A stretch of 63,908 bases of DNA, filler included, from Platydemus manokwari (lineage: Eukaryota): assembly GCA_037951405.1 (NCBI GenBank). It is 6 parts of 6 records of this genome, joined end to end, with 100 filler letters (N's around TTAATTAATTAA, not from the genome) between each part and the next. Parts side by side here need not be neighbours in the genome. Positions count along the whole stretch, not along the records: positions 36,106 to 45,101 come from JBBMOY011317094.1; positions 45,202 to 55,072 come from JBBMOY011194543.1; 4 more parts are not named here. One strand, 5' to 3'. Under the pieces are notes generated by a model that worked only from the letters and a program-made list of their open reading frames with translations, was not told the origin of the DNA and searched no databases. How positions within the stretch are numbered: the stretch's first letter is position 1; the number at the start of each line of letters is the position of its first letter. A program made the position numbers and the translations under genes. Positions 39,501-53,615 of the stretch are shown one piece after another.

Positions 39501-42500
39501 AAATCGATAATTTGATTTGGAATTCTATCAAATCTCTCTCTTATTTATTTGATCATAGAATAATCAATAAATGGCTTGAAATAATTGAAAATATTTTCAT
39601 TTCAAAATCAATCAGTTTACAGCCATATGAATATGTGAATGGAAATAATCAAGCCATATCTGATTGTCAAATATTGTTTTTAACTCGTATTATTGATAAA
39701 ATATTATTGATTATTGAGAATTATTGTTAATATATAGAATGATGTCATTTCATGGTAAAATCTTAACTGACAGCTGAAATATTGAAAAAGATTTATCAAA
39801 ATGTCATTAATAGTAATAAATGAGCTGTCAAATTGATATTTTATGGCAACACAATAGGGTTATTCGCTAGGAGTATAGTTTAAGCGAGAAAATGATCAAT
39901 TGATATTGGCATTGATGTCCATATATGTGTGTGTATGTGTGTGTGTGTGTGTGACAGATTTATATGATGATGATGACAACATAATGAATCTATCAGCAAG
40001 TAGTAGTGGCAATATTAAGGAAAATCAGAATAAAAATCAATTAGAAAATAGCTCCTGGTTATCAATGAAGGAATTTACAAATCCGAATTATTAATGAGTG
40101 TATTTCAAACATTAATTCACAAAAGCACTGATATTGATGAATGAAATAATTATTAACGATTATTATGAGGTAATTAGTATAGCAATAAATGCTTTATTCA
40201 ATAAATCAATCAATCAACACTTGGAAGTATTTTGATGACAACAAATTACGCAGCATTTCTGATTGGATATCACAATGATCGGCTTTAAAAATCATTAGCC
40301 ATTCGAAATAATTACAACAGATGGACTTCATAGTCATTGATGTAAACGAGCTGGATGACACTAAATGTGTGTGTATGTATGTGTGTGTGTTGGGTTTGAA
40401 AAAATTGCATTTGGATATCTATTTTCAAAATGAAAACATTTTTATCATTCAATCGATATTCTGTGATAATTATCGATTATTTTGAAAAATATGGAAATTC
40501 TCGATGATAATAATTCATTTATTTCGCACACTCACACTCACATGCGCACGCACATACACGCATAACAACACACCACACCACATCACGACAACAACAAGTG
40601 AATATTTTTTGACAACAATCAAGAATTCTTTAACATGTGACCGGCTTGCTCATTGATTTTTTAAGAAAAATTTTAATTTTTTAAATATCTAAAGTTGATC
40701 AAGAAATTCAAAATTTTAAGTAAAGAAAAAAATGGTGCAAATTTTACAATTATTTCATGATATAACTATATGCCATGTAACCAATAGCAACATGCCAAAT
40801 TGTCATGGTGACAATCAATACTGTGTTTTGTAACACACACACACACATCATATCATATCAAACAAATCCATATTTAACAACAATATCTTACCCTTTCAGC
40901 ATCCTGGAATTGCAAAATATCCGGCGTATCTGATTGGCTCTCCTTTCTAATGAGAAATTCCTTGAAATCTGCAACATTATTCTTGATTTTTTCCGATAAT
41001 TTCATCTGTATTTCTTGATCTGATAAATGTTGCTGTTCCATTTGACCGATAGTTGATGACAGATCAGAGATTGTTTCCTGGATAAATGATGATGATGATG
41101 ATGATGATGACGCGATTGAGATGATATGATAATGAAATGACAATTTTAATGACAATCAATACAACTTGATGAAATATCAATCATTACACACTATTTTTAT
41201 ATTTTCAATCCAAAGCTATTCCAAAATCTCTCCAGTTGACATTATGACTTAGTGGCATTCCCATGACAACAATTGATGAATGAATTCATGTTTATAAATT
41301 GAAAATGAGGTGCTTATAATCGATGTGTTGTAAAACAGCTATGCAATGTTTTATTATGATTGAATGACAATATCTCATATATGTATGTGTGTGTGTGTGT
41401 TATATAAAATCGATGTTGAATCAATGCTAAAATTATCCTCACAAGCAGATCACAAATTTAATATTTCACCAATAAACAATATACAAATTGGTTTGAATGA
41501 GATCGAAACATTTATAAATGGCATTGAATATTTTGATCAATAATATGCGTGGGGGTTTTGATTTCAATCAGTGAATCATGTTATGAATGGATCAATTTGA
41601 TGGATTGTGTGTGATTCGGTGATTATATTAGATATGTTTTCTGCACAATGACAACATATTATCAATATCATTATTATTATGGCGTTCAATAAATAAATTG
41701 CCATAAACCCCTCTCCTCCCCACAAATTAACATGAAACATAATATTGACATCATTAATAATACACGTTGCTATGATAACGGACAAATCACCATAGAAATT
41801 TATTGAAATCTATTTTCGATAATTATCTGCAAACCAGAAATCAATTTATCAATAAATCTGAGCTTAAATCAGACACGGATATTCACAGCACTTGAGTACA
41901 ACCCGTCATTGATTAAACACACACACACACAAGCAACTTATTTGATTGGTGGGATTTATTAATTATTAGCATTCACAATTCAATTCTAATAAAAATAGGT
42001 ATAATCGATAATTTATTATAAAACAATATCGATGTGAGATCGAATTCACCACACCTCACGCCCAAATAACCCCCCCCATTCAAAGGTGTTGATATATCAG
42101 GCTAATATGGTGATTGGTGCAAATCTTTACTCCCATATTCACTCAAAAATGATTTTGTACTTCCTTGGAGGCAGAAGATTAGATTGAGGAATTATGTGAA
42201 AATAATTTGGTTTTGATGATTATAAAAATGATAATATATTAATAATTATGTGATAATAATGATAATATATTAATAATTGTGTGATAATAATGATAATATA
42301 TTATTGGTAATATGATAATATATTAATAATTGTGTGATAAAAATGATAATATATTAACAACAATGTGATAATAATGATAATATATTGATATGTGATATTA
42401 ATAATTAAAATAAAATAAGATAATATAATTAATTATTATTTGATATAATGAAATTATAATTTATTATTAAAAATATTACTATACTGGTTATTGGGCAACA

Positions 42501-43400
42501 ATTGAGAATTATGATTATAAATAATAATAATTATTATTAAATAATTATAAAGTTAACAAAAACAACAAAATTAATAAAAGCTAAGATTTAAATTAGCCAA
42601 TCAATGATGAAATAAATCTGCAAATGATTATCCAATCATATAAACAAATCAATCAATTAATTATCGTTATTAACCAATCAAAACTAACCTCCAACAATGA
42701 TATTCTTGCCTCATATCCATTTTTCATTGTTGCCATTTCATGTTCCAAATCATTTTTTATTGATCTCAAATAATTCTCGTCCTCATTTAATCTTGTTATA
42801 AGTGCTTCTTTATTAATAATTGTTGAATTAATTTCTTTCAATTGACTTCTCAATTTATTGTTCTCGTATTCAAAATATTTCACTTGTTCCACTGATTTAT
42901 TACTTTCTATATTTAAATCATTCAATTGACTGTTTAATTGCTTTATAACAATATTTTGTCCGTCGATTTCTGTTTTGAGTGCCGTTAAATTTGTTTCATA
43001 TTCATTCTATTAAATCATTTTCATTTTATTATTCATTCTAATTTCAATAACCAACTCTCGTTATTTTTTTGTCTTCGACATATTTTTTCTCCATCTTACG
43101 CTTTTCTTCTGATAATGTTGCTATCGCATTTGATAATGTAACAACTTGGTTTATTGCTTTATTATTATCAGTTTCATCATCAGAATTTGGAGCTGGTTTA
43201 TCATTTGCTTTAGCTAACGATTTAACTGTTAACTCAAGAGCTTCCTTTTCTTTAGAAAGCGTTTTATAAGCCTCAATTAAATCTTATAAAAAATATAATG
43301 AAAGAAAAATATATAAACAATTATAACCCCTCATCTTTTGTTCATATTTCTTAATTTTGCTATCTTGTTCAGCGATCTTTTTTTTGTAAGAAGATTCCAT
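36503..43400 (-). CDS. GCC1: GRIP and coiled-coil domain-containing protein 1 (GCC88 golgin), 5' six exons; the GRIP domain lies beyond the contig end
   Basis: Exons 43400-43328, 43282-43056, 43006-42689, 41077-40892, 38757-38379 and 36803-36503 are GT-AG with consistent phases. Diagnostic blocks: YEQKMRDLIEAYKTLSKEKEALE, VTLSNAIATLSEEKRKMEKKYVEDKK, ISDLSSTIGQMEQQHLSDQ and ELTKHRNRTIELLAEKEAEI. All four parallel conserved GCC1 segments. Confidence 0.85.
38217..38367. repeat. 10-bp minisatellite (AAATATATAC / AATTATATAC)
   Basis: About 15 tandem units, seen directly, just inside a GCC1 intron donor. Confidence 0.95.
38917..39202. repeat. Compound minisatellite: AGTATTCATCACA + (ATATCA)n
   Basis: About 9 units, each with a constant core and 2-4 copies of the hexamer. 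Confidence 0.95.
42220..42392. repeat. ~31-bp minisatellite (GATAATAATGATAATATATTAATAATTGTGT)
   Basis: About 5-6 imperfect tandem units in a GCC1 intron. Confidence 0.85.
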
Positions 43401-45101
43401 TACGAGAATTTGAATTCTAAATAAAATAAAACATAATAATTGAAAATCAAAAATAAACAGTTTTAAAAGTATTTAAGTTTGAAATATTAAATTAATATTT
43501 TAAAACAAATACAGATTAATAAAAATGAAGAGTAAATTACAAATCATAAAATAAAAAATTATCAAAAAGGAAATGGTTGTAAATTGATTATATAATAACT
43601 AATAGATATATACTAACTATAATTTAATTTTTTAATTCATATTATAATTTTAGAACCACTCCTTTTGATAATATTCAATGTTATGATTTGTAAGACAGAT
43701 TTAAAAAAAATTTAATAAACATTATATGTTTACCTCTACTGTAAATGTGAAGTGTCCAACAACTAAACATAAAATACAATAAAATTAAATTAAATAACGT
43801 TTTATTAAAATAAATCATTGTTCTTATTTTCGATAATGCAATTAATACCAGTTAGAGATCACTCTGAAATTGTCACGCAATCGGCACAAATACAGGCCAA
43901 GTTGGTGAAAAATTGGACTTTGACTTCTCCGAGACATTATGAATCGGTAAAAATAATTCAGGTAAAAATTATGTGAATTCGGCATACTAAAAATAAAATT
44001 GATTACTTTACTGCACAATACAGCAAATAAACCTGTATAAATACGAAGACAATCTTATAAAGATTTACCGTTTCGTGTAATTTCGTGATCTAAACAGATT
44101 ATTTCTATTTTTATTATTAATAATTATTATTATAAAGTAAATTCGAGAATAATAATTCCGTAAATGAGTAAAAGTAGAATATTTAAAGTGATAATGGTAA
44201 AGGATATACGAGAATAGTCATTCCAAATATCGGTAAAAAGGTAGATTCAAGTGTTAAACATACAGTGGTAATTTTGTCTGTAGTATAATTGTATTTATAC
44301 ACGTAGTAGCAAGGCCAGGAGCAGATTTGCAAATTTGTATTTGGATGTAATTACACTTTTATTGACGAATATATTTAGGGCTTATAATTAATAAAGCTTA
44401 ATGATCAAATTATTTGTCTCTTGGAGTGAAGAAAATTATTGCAGGTTACTAAAACTTTTACATGTACATTGTTTCACCAAAAGCTTAACAAGTCAGCAAA
44501 GAGTACAATAAAATTCATATCTAAAAATTAAAATGATTAACAAAATAACTAAATCAAAAAGTCAAAATATTTCAAACCTTAGATACTTTTTGAGACGGTA
44601 CAAGCTTTCCTTAAAAAGTTTTATTTGAGAAAAACAAAGATGGTAATTGACAAGAGACAAAAGGCTGATGGAATTTAATTATATCTGTTGTTGGGATAAC
44701 ATGGAAGGGCTAGTGCTCTATTCAGACAGTGAAGAGAGCGAAGACGAAAATATCCCATATACTATTAAGTCCTACAATGAATGAAGGCAGCAACAGCAAT
44801 TGTCCCAGAAACCAGAATTACCACCACAACAACCATCACCGAAAAAACCTACAACCACTGAAAAACTCACAACCATCAACGAGCAGTCATGTGTTCAAAA
44901 AACCAGGAACACCCAAAAGACCCGGTACACCAATAGTTAAGAAACCCCGGGGCAATAGTAATAAAACCCAAAAAACCGAGTTCAAAATGGGAAACATGGG
45001 CTACCCAAAGCTGGAGCGTGGATTTAGACGCTTGATGTCAGCAAGGATTCGGCGGAACTGCGAATTCGAAACCAGAACAGCCAGTACCATCCAGTAATCA
45101 A

Positions 45102-45201
45102 NNNNNNNNNNNNNNNNNNNNNNNNNNNNNNNNNNNNNNNNNNNNTTAATTAATTAANNNNNNNNNNNNNNNNNNNNNNNNNNNNNNNNNNNNNNNNNNN
45201 N
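45102..45201. other. Artificial contig join
   Basis: Linker at 45146-45157. Confidence 0.98.
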
Positions 45202-46380
45202 AATCAACATGCAATCAAACAACATACACACATCATACATACCGCAATCACATTTCCATTTACGAATCTCCCTTACAGTTACAATTTTTTAAATGAAGTA
45301 GTTTTATATAAAAACAAAGGATGATAATGTGAAATTAAAGAATAAATTAACATAAGAAGCAAAGAAGGAACATGTTCGAGAGTTAAGGGGAAAATAAATA
45401 AATAAGATTTAGTATAAAAATGTTTATGTATAAAAAATATTAATGAATTTTGTAGAAGGACATATAAATGTAGATTGTTCTGAACAATATTATCAAAATA
45501 ATAGAGAAAAATATACCTAAAAAGCAAATTGATTATCTAAACCAAAAATATCAAACAGATTCACAACATAGGTTTGAAATAAATATATTGAGTGATATAA
45601 GAAACTCATTAAAGAGGAGTAAAATCTAGATTCTTGATATGCACACATAAATAAATGAAATACAAATTTAATTTGTGAAAGGTAATATCTTCATTTCTTA
45701 AAATTTTTCAACCAATTCTTTTATTATCAAAGTTATATTTATTTAGCTCTATTGTGAAAATGTAGTTGAAAATCTTTTGATTTTCTGGCTAATGAAATAC
45801 AATTTTTACATGCTACTCTTATGTAGCTGTTGTCTTTTAAATAATAATCACGATCTCTGACTTTTCATGTTACCTTGGCAAAAAAAATTTGCAATAAATA
45901 CAATTAGTTTAATCATTAAAATCAATATCTTTTGGTTCGGACATCCCAATTGAAAACTTTGTACTTGGTTTTCTTTTAAATCTATGTACCAACCATAATA
46001 TCAATTCTTTTGCGCCAATGTCACCTTGAAACAAATTTGTTTCATTCTTTATTAATTCTGAATATTTTGAGATTGATTTTATGTAAATCCATGAATAAAA
46101 TTTATTACATGTAACTTTTGCAATAACTTTGGCCAACTTCGATGATTCCCCTTTCGGCTTATTTTTTAATATTAACAAATTCAGAATCACCCACTATTAC
46201 AAATTAAATTTTTATTTGATGGTTATACTTTTGAAATTTTTAAACATTATTTTTAGGTTTCCGCATAATTTCTTTTGTTATATCTTTTCCATTTTTTTCA
46301 CATGGTCTTTGATTAATATCAAAACTACTTTCATCCGAAAAATAATTACAATATTTATCAAATATATTTAATTTACACAA

Positions 46381-47570
46381 TGGTGTTCTTGTTTATCTGG
46401 ACTTTATTTTAGTGTATGGGAGAACAGTAGAGGATTACAATTAAAAACTCGACAAGGTATTCAGGCTGATTAAATCACCAGGTTAGAAAAACAATCCCGA
46501 AAAATGTGCTATTGAATTCAGGAAACTGAATAGAAACTAATAACGACAAAGTAAAGAAGATTAAGGAAGAAATAAAACTTCATTACATGACTCAGCTGAA
46601 GTTGTTCATAGGATGATGTAAATTTCACAGATGATTTATCAAAGATTATGCATTAATTAAGGCTCCGTTATATGCGATGTTGACCGGAAGTGACACCAAA
46701 TTGGAGGGGACTACAGAGTGAGAGAAAAGTTTTGAAAACCTAAAGGAACGATTATGCACAGCTCCGATTTTAGCCTTTCCGAATAAAAACAAAGAGATGA
46801 TTTTAGATACCGACGCTAGTTTCGAAGAGATTGGCGGTGTTCTAAGTCAGTTTCGAGAAACTGGAAAAAAGAGAGTAGTAGCTTATGCTTCTATACCTCT
46901 TAAGATTCCTGAAAGAGGTTATTACGTCAAGAGAAAAGAGCTTTTGGCAATCCAAGAGTTTACTATGCATTTTAAGCATTATTTACTGGGAAAAAAATTC
47001 TTGACCCCCACTAATCACAAGGCATTGACATATCAAGAAAACTAACTGAACAATTTGCTCTCAGTTACAAGCATGGTTTGCAAACTTATCCGAATTCATT
47101 TTCGAACTTCAATATTGGAAGGGTTCACGTCATATAAATACAAATGGACTCTCAAGGATAAGCGAAGCATTTTGTTCACTGTGCTTAACTTAGCACCAAG
47201 GTGCTAAAGAGTGCAAACTAAAACGCTGGTTTATTAATGTTGTTGAGCATTTTATTGACGAAGTGCAGAAGTTTAAACAAAAAGACACTGTCGTCGATTC
47301 CACTCGAAAATGGTTACAGAAAAAGGAAACAGGAGTCAAGTCAGCGGTCACAAAGATAAATAAGAACTGACATCGTTATAAAGGTTTTCACAGAATTTAA
47401 AATTTTTAAACTCACATCAAGTGCTTCTTGATTGCCAAAACTTTAAAGAATTGAGTGACTAAAAAGGATCCTAAAAACAACGTGAGAAGGAAGTTAGATA
47501 AAAAATGAGGTTTGTTTAAATATTTAAGAAGACGCGTGTGACTTTTGAAACAATAAATTTTGATAGAAAC
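46381..47570 (+). mobile_element. Decayed Ty3/gypsy retrotransposon: RT C-terminus, RNase H, 3' tail and terminal repeat; integrase core missing
   Basis: Reads GVLVYLD, LKLFIG..FIKDYA..APL, FENLKERLCTAPILAFP, ILDTDAS..IGGVLSQ, VVAYAS, RKELLAI..FKHYLLGKKF..TNHKAL. The segment 47380-47570 matches the reverse complement of 56478-56680. Confidence 0.9.
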
Positions 47571-49578
47571 AACCGATGTTTTGATAAATGTATTATTCGA
47601 GTACGAATAGTATAAATGAAAATAAGAAAGGTACGAGTAAAGATAGTAGTAATGAGAAATTAAGAGATTTTAATTTCGAAGGAGACATACAGTAAGCAAT
47701 TACAAGTAATAAGTTTTTATATTAATTTAGTACTGTATATCATTATGGAGAGCTTCGTTTGAAAAATATGATTTAATTTAATAAAACTGAGGATGTACAT
47801 AATTATACTGGATCTGGTACGAGGCTTCAAGGATATTAACAAAATTGTAACAGAATTGTTACTAATTATAATCAAACTGAATATTCCTCTAGATTTTAAA
47901 GAGAATATCAAACTGCAAATAAATTTTTTTAAGTTGTATTTGTTCGAAAGAACTTAACAAGAAAATAATTTCTTTTTAATGCTTTTTTGCATTACATTTA
48001 AAAATGAAATTAAATATAAATTTCCGCAGAAATTCGGTCACTTAGCAAAGAGAATGCAGAATTATATAAAGCAATATCTCTTGAGAACATCTATTAGTTT
48101 TAATATTATTTAAAATTGATTGGCGCTTAAAATATCAATTTTAGATTGTACGAGAAACGTAAATTAAATTTGTTAAATTAAATTAAATAATTCATGGTTT
48201 ATCAATTCATAGTTGACTGGCTCCATCACTTTCAAGTTAAGGCAAACAAAATATGTTTACTGGCGAAATTGGTTTAGTAATTTTATATTCCAAAAATAAA
48301 TTGGAAGCAATACAATAGAACATATTCGTCTGATAGTTAAATTTGATTGACAGAGAATATATTGTGTGTATTATTGTAAGAAATAATGGAATAAATTTGC
48401 CAAGGAATAATTCTTGTTTAAATTTATTTAATTAATTATTTATAACACAAGTATTTTGAAAGAGGATTTACAATTGAACTTTAAAAATATTTTACAATGA
48501 TTTAGCCTTTCAACGAAGTCAACCTAATTCAATCAACTTAAATTTGCCACAGTTGTGTCACAGTATAATATCGCACAGTATGATATCGCACTACCAACTC
48601 CCTTGTCAACTGGAAATGAAATATCAAATTATGAAAAGAAAAGAAAATATTAAAAATTACAATATGAAACTTGTAACTATTGTAGTTCATTTAGTAACTC
48701 AAAAAATTTTGCAGCAGCGATTTTTATCTTTTTATTTGTCTTGTTAATTTAAATTTTAATTTATTTCTAAGTGCTTCAATATTGTTTTAATTTACTCTTT
48801 AAAAACATAATTTTTGGTGATTTAGTGTATTTTAGTAGCAAAAAAATCTATTACTTGTTCTACAAAACTCTTGAATGATCATTTAGGATGCTAAATTTAT
48901 TTTTCATTTTGATTTTTCTCAATGTGCGAAATCTCCGAAATTTGAAGTTGAAATAATAATTTCTAAATAATTTAAATGGTCGTTAATAAGAATAATAATT
49001 ATTATAGTTGGTAATAATAATATTTATTTTAATAATAAATTTAAATATCATGTAAACAAATGGAAAATTATTATCATTTAATGATAGTTTTGAATTAATA
49101 TTAAAATTAATTTAGATAAAACAAATAAGTTTGATAATAATTAAGATTATATTTTGTTTCCAAATATAAATATAATAACGAAAATAAAATAAATAAATAC
49201 GTTACGTTATTCAAGAAAACTATTCATTCGTTTTGATCACACCTGAGCTAATTCTTTAATTAAGCCAAGAAATTTTATGTCCTGTAATTCCTTGGTTAGA
49301 GAATAGAAATATTCTGATTGCCGACGAGCAAAGGATATAAAGGATAAACAATTGTTAATAAATTGTTGTTAATTTTGATGTCCAAAGTTGAGAGATGGCG
49401 GATTGTTGGCTCGCAGCATATTGATTATCTAGATTGTTTCTTGGCAACTCAGTCCATACTCAGGAACGTCCTACGGCGCATATTTTATATGGAAAATAAT
49501 TTACATTTGGGATTTGGTCTTTAACTGGGTTACATAGGGTCTGGTCAATTTTCAATTTAGGGAAGAATATCTTTACAA

Positions 49579-49745
49579 TTGGGGTTTTGTTTTAATGTTT
49601 TTATTTTTCAATGTTTTATTTGGGGTTTTGTTTTAATGTTTTTATTTTTCAATGTTTTATTTCTTATTTGGGTTTTGTTTTAATGTCAAGTGTGTGTTTT
49701 TGTTTTAATGTTTTATTTTTCATTTGAGTTTTGTTTGTTTTGGGT
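49579..49745. repeat. T/G-rich imperfect tandem repeat (~41-bp unit)
   Basis: TTGGGGTTTTGTTTTAATGTTTTTATTTTTCAATGTTTTAT occurs twice, followed by degenerate copies. Confidence 0.8.
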
Positions 49746-50299
49746 TTTTGTTTGTCACTTGGTTTGTCAAGTGTGTTAGGTGGGGATCCCAACAAAATAC
49801 TATATATTTGTATAATTTTTTGAATTAATAAATATTAATACTTACTAATCTTTATCACAATAATATTAAATTTTATTTGCAATATTTGAGTCAATGAATA
49901 TAATGCATAGAAATCTATATATTATGAGAAAGTATGATGTAAGATTTTTAAATAACAACGGTTTATTCATTCATTTCAAATAAAGAACTTTTAAAACAAT
50001 TTGTGTAAATTACAATTTATTTGGCTTAAGTCCAGAGGAGCATAGTAAACACGCATATTGATGAAAATTCTAATAGTCAATTAGAACTGTAAACAAATAC
50101 ATAACTGCATATCTTTAGCAGGCTATTTTGTAATTTCCAATTCTAAGACTTTGATTCAAATGAACATCAGTAAGTCTTAATCGGTATTTTGATTTTAGGT
50201 ATTTTATAATGGAATACAATGATTCACAAGAATATGTTGTCGTATAATGTTGAGTTTATTTTGAGAGTACTTCTTCTAAAAATTTATATGCTACATTAC

Positions 50300-53200
50300 T
50301 TTTATATTTACTATGACGCTTATTGGTGATCACCCTGTGGAAATTAATGCTTTTACCAGAAGTCAACAGACCTAAGTGATATTTAAATTTATTCTTAAGA
50401 AGCCATAAGAGACCTCGAACGACCAAGTTCTAGATGAAGCTACTCAATAAATTGAGGATTCGGAAGACTGTTTATTAATCAAATTCAGTAATATCCTATG
50501 TGCTATTATTGGAGGAAGATAGTATCTTATAGATGAATTTCAAGAACGAAGCGATTAAAGAAGTAGACATAAAAAGGTGGTTTGTAGACATATTTTGCAA
50601 AAAAAAACTTCAATTTTAAAAAAATGATAACCAGCAATTTTTTAAATTCGAGATAAGAATTCAAAAATTGGTACAATCGGTTATGAATTTAAACTTGACG
50701 TATTAAATAATTGCTAAAAATATTTTTTCTTGGTAAATGGAAATTATATACCTGAAGGAAGCTCTTTTGAGAAAGCCAGAGAATGAAATGTCCGAAATTC
50801 AGTCCCTCGTCAAGATATACCAAAGTAGAAAATTATCGAAATGAGTTCCTATTGTTGCAAATTTAAAAGGGAAACAGAGACCAAATTATTCTCAAGTTAC
50901 AATAAATAATTTCGATCCATGGAATTTTGGAAATACAAAAATTTCACAGCACATTGAATATTCGAAAAGAAAGGAAGACGGAAATCACGAACACAAAGCA
51001 AGATTCATGAACTCAAAACAAAAAATAGTGGAAAAGAAACAATAACAAATATGAGAACAACCTTTGCGATTAATGAAATCTTATAATGAAAAACACGGTT
51101 CAGTTATCTTCATGACTGAAGAATGTCAGAAGAAGATTGGAAGACCTTGTTTGAAAAAAGCGTATGTATGATGAGTATTTTCCACAAATAGAGAACGACC
51201 AAGATGTTGTGCTAAAGTAACAGTTTTTTGGAACAACAAAGAAAGAATCATTAATATTATTGTTGTAAAACGTATTTTTCTTCATTTGTCGGAGGCAAAG
51301 ATATAAGGATTCGACTAACAGACATCAATGCAATCAATTCTTCGAATATAAAACCAGACTTTTTTGATGATGACCGCATTAGTCACGTAATTCTAAAATC
51401 CTAGTTAAACAAAAATGGTGAGTCTAATTTTATAAGCCCAGATCATTATGGTGTAAAAATTTGATTTGGGAAGAATGACGTTGGTGTGTCACGACTAGAA
51501 GTCTAATATCTCAAAATTTGAGAAGCAACCAATGCATCTGGAGTAGAAAATTAATTAATTAGTTGATGATTTGTTGCGGATGAGAGCAATTGGGCCATGT
51601 AAAAGCTTGTATAACCCGCTGCTAGCTAGAATGGAATCACCAAGAAGTTTACATTTCTAATAGACTATTTAGCTGGTGCAAATACTTTTTTTTCAATGAA
51701 CAGCCATACTACCAAATAAAACTTGCAGGAGTTTGTAGAATGTTACAGCTTTTAGAACAACGACTGGGTTATTTTGTTATACATGGTTATAAATTGTTAT
51801 ATACAGAACGAGGGAGGAGCATGTAGTTTTTTTAAAAGACTTTGAGCGCATCCAAGCTTCTGGATTGAAGATAAATCCAGATACATATTTTTTTCTACAA
51901 AGACGAAATTAAATTTTTTGGCCATGTCGTAAGCAAAGATCTAGTGAAAATATACGCTGATAAAATTGTTCAAATTTTAATGTCTCACAAATTACAATGC
52001 ATATCAAAGTTAAGATCATTTCTGTGTCTTACAAATTACTACTGAAAATTAATGAAGGACTATGAAAAAATAGATCCACCTCTATATATCACGATAACTA
52101 GAAATAATAGAGGTTTCGAGGGGACAAAGGCATGCCTGGAAAGTTTCATGAAATTGAATAGATTTCGAGGAAAAAGAACATTTATTATTATAGAAGCACG
52201 TTTCGGCTCAATTGATGCAGTACCAAATTAGATTTTAGAATATATATTGGAAGACGAAATTGCTAATGGATCGCGGTTGTTGTTAGAGCTACTATGTGAA
52301 AAAACAGAGCTTTTGACTATTCATGAATTTGTTATGCATTTCAGACATTATCTGTATGGAAAAATTTTGTTATACGTACACATTATAAAGCCATAGTATT
52401 CTTAACAATAAAAAAACAAATCATTTTTCAGTTTTAAATATGAATTACCAATCTATCGAAATACGACTTCGAACTTATCGGAAATGTGATAAGCATAGTA
52501 ACTTGGACAAATTATGTCGAATCGACGAAGCAAGGTGTTCTCAATGCCGAAGCCAACACTATTTTGAAAAAGCTGAGAAAACAAAAACAAGGTATTTAGC
52601 ACAAATCCAGAGTTAATCACACATCATCTTGATAATTTGTGAGGAGCGGATAAGACAGTGAAATTATTAAAACTCTTTTTGAACAATAGGAATATGCCAC
52701 ATATTTTATATCACGAAGCTCTTACAAGATCATCTGAAAGCAACGGATAATATATTAGTAATACAAAAATAGAGTGAAATCACTGTGAAAATCGCAGGGG
52801 GTTTTAACCAAAATTCTTCAAATTTGCACATGAAGAGCTACGCTACTTTGAAAGCAAGAACATATTCTCTCATCTCCAAGGTAATTTCTATTGGCTTACA
52901 TGTACGTAACTCTAAATAAATCTTTAAAAGAATATGTATGTTGCTTAAAAAGGAAAATTGATCAAAGATGAAAAAAGAAGTCCTACTTCCCCGATTTAGT
53001 TCAGAATTCTTAGAGCAAGTCGTAGCTGATATTACTCAAACAAACAGCGTTTAGAATGACAAAAGATACTCACCAATTATCAGAGACAGGCTTACTAAGC
53101 ATGAAGTCTATCTGCCTTGTTTAGACAAGATGAAAAAATTATTTTTGAGGCAATCATTAATTCTTGGATTTATCGTTTCAGAAATCACAAAACATTTTGA

Positions 53201-53615
53201 CAGATAGAGGTAAATAGTTTGATGGCCAATTCATTATAAAAGAATGTGCTGAATTCGGTATTCGTCAGGTATTTATCTCGTCTCATCAGCACCAATCAAA
53301 AGAATTGTCAGAACAAGTCATTCGCATATAGCATGATAACTATATCTCTAAAGGTAGCATGCAATAAATGAAATTGGTTTGAACTCCTACCAAGAATTGA
53401 ATTTTTGATCAACGCTACTAGGCAAAATTTGACAAAATTCTCAATTTTAGAAAACACTTTTGGATGAAGGTCAGTCTCCACTCTGAAAGTGAGTACAAAG
53501 ATATATTGAAGGACGTCGTAATGGAAAAGATATTCACATATTCTGGATAGGTGGCCTACAAGAATATCGGAATAAGAGGACACCAATAATTCAAACTTGT
53601 AGAGAAAGTGTTAGT
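50300..53615 (+). mobile_element. Heavily decayed Ty3/gypsy retrotransposon (RT, RNase H, integrase; possible gag upstream)
   Basis: Fragments: SGLKINPD, EIKFFGHVVSKD, KLRSFLCLTNYY, HFRHYLYGK, FLEQVVADI, WIYRF, LTDRGK*F, FGIRQVFISSHQHQS. Many stops and frameshifts. The left boundary is approximate. Confidence 0.8.

Noticed and set aside
43069-43269. Plus-strand ORF
   Set aside because: Antisense to GCC1 exon 2.
45909-46371. Overlapping ORFs upstream of the gypsy RT fragment
   Set aside because: No identifiable domain; possibly another decayed element, but unsupported.
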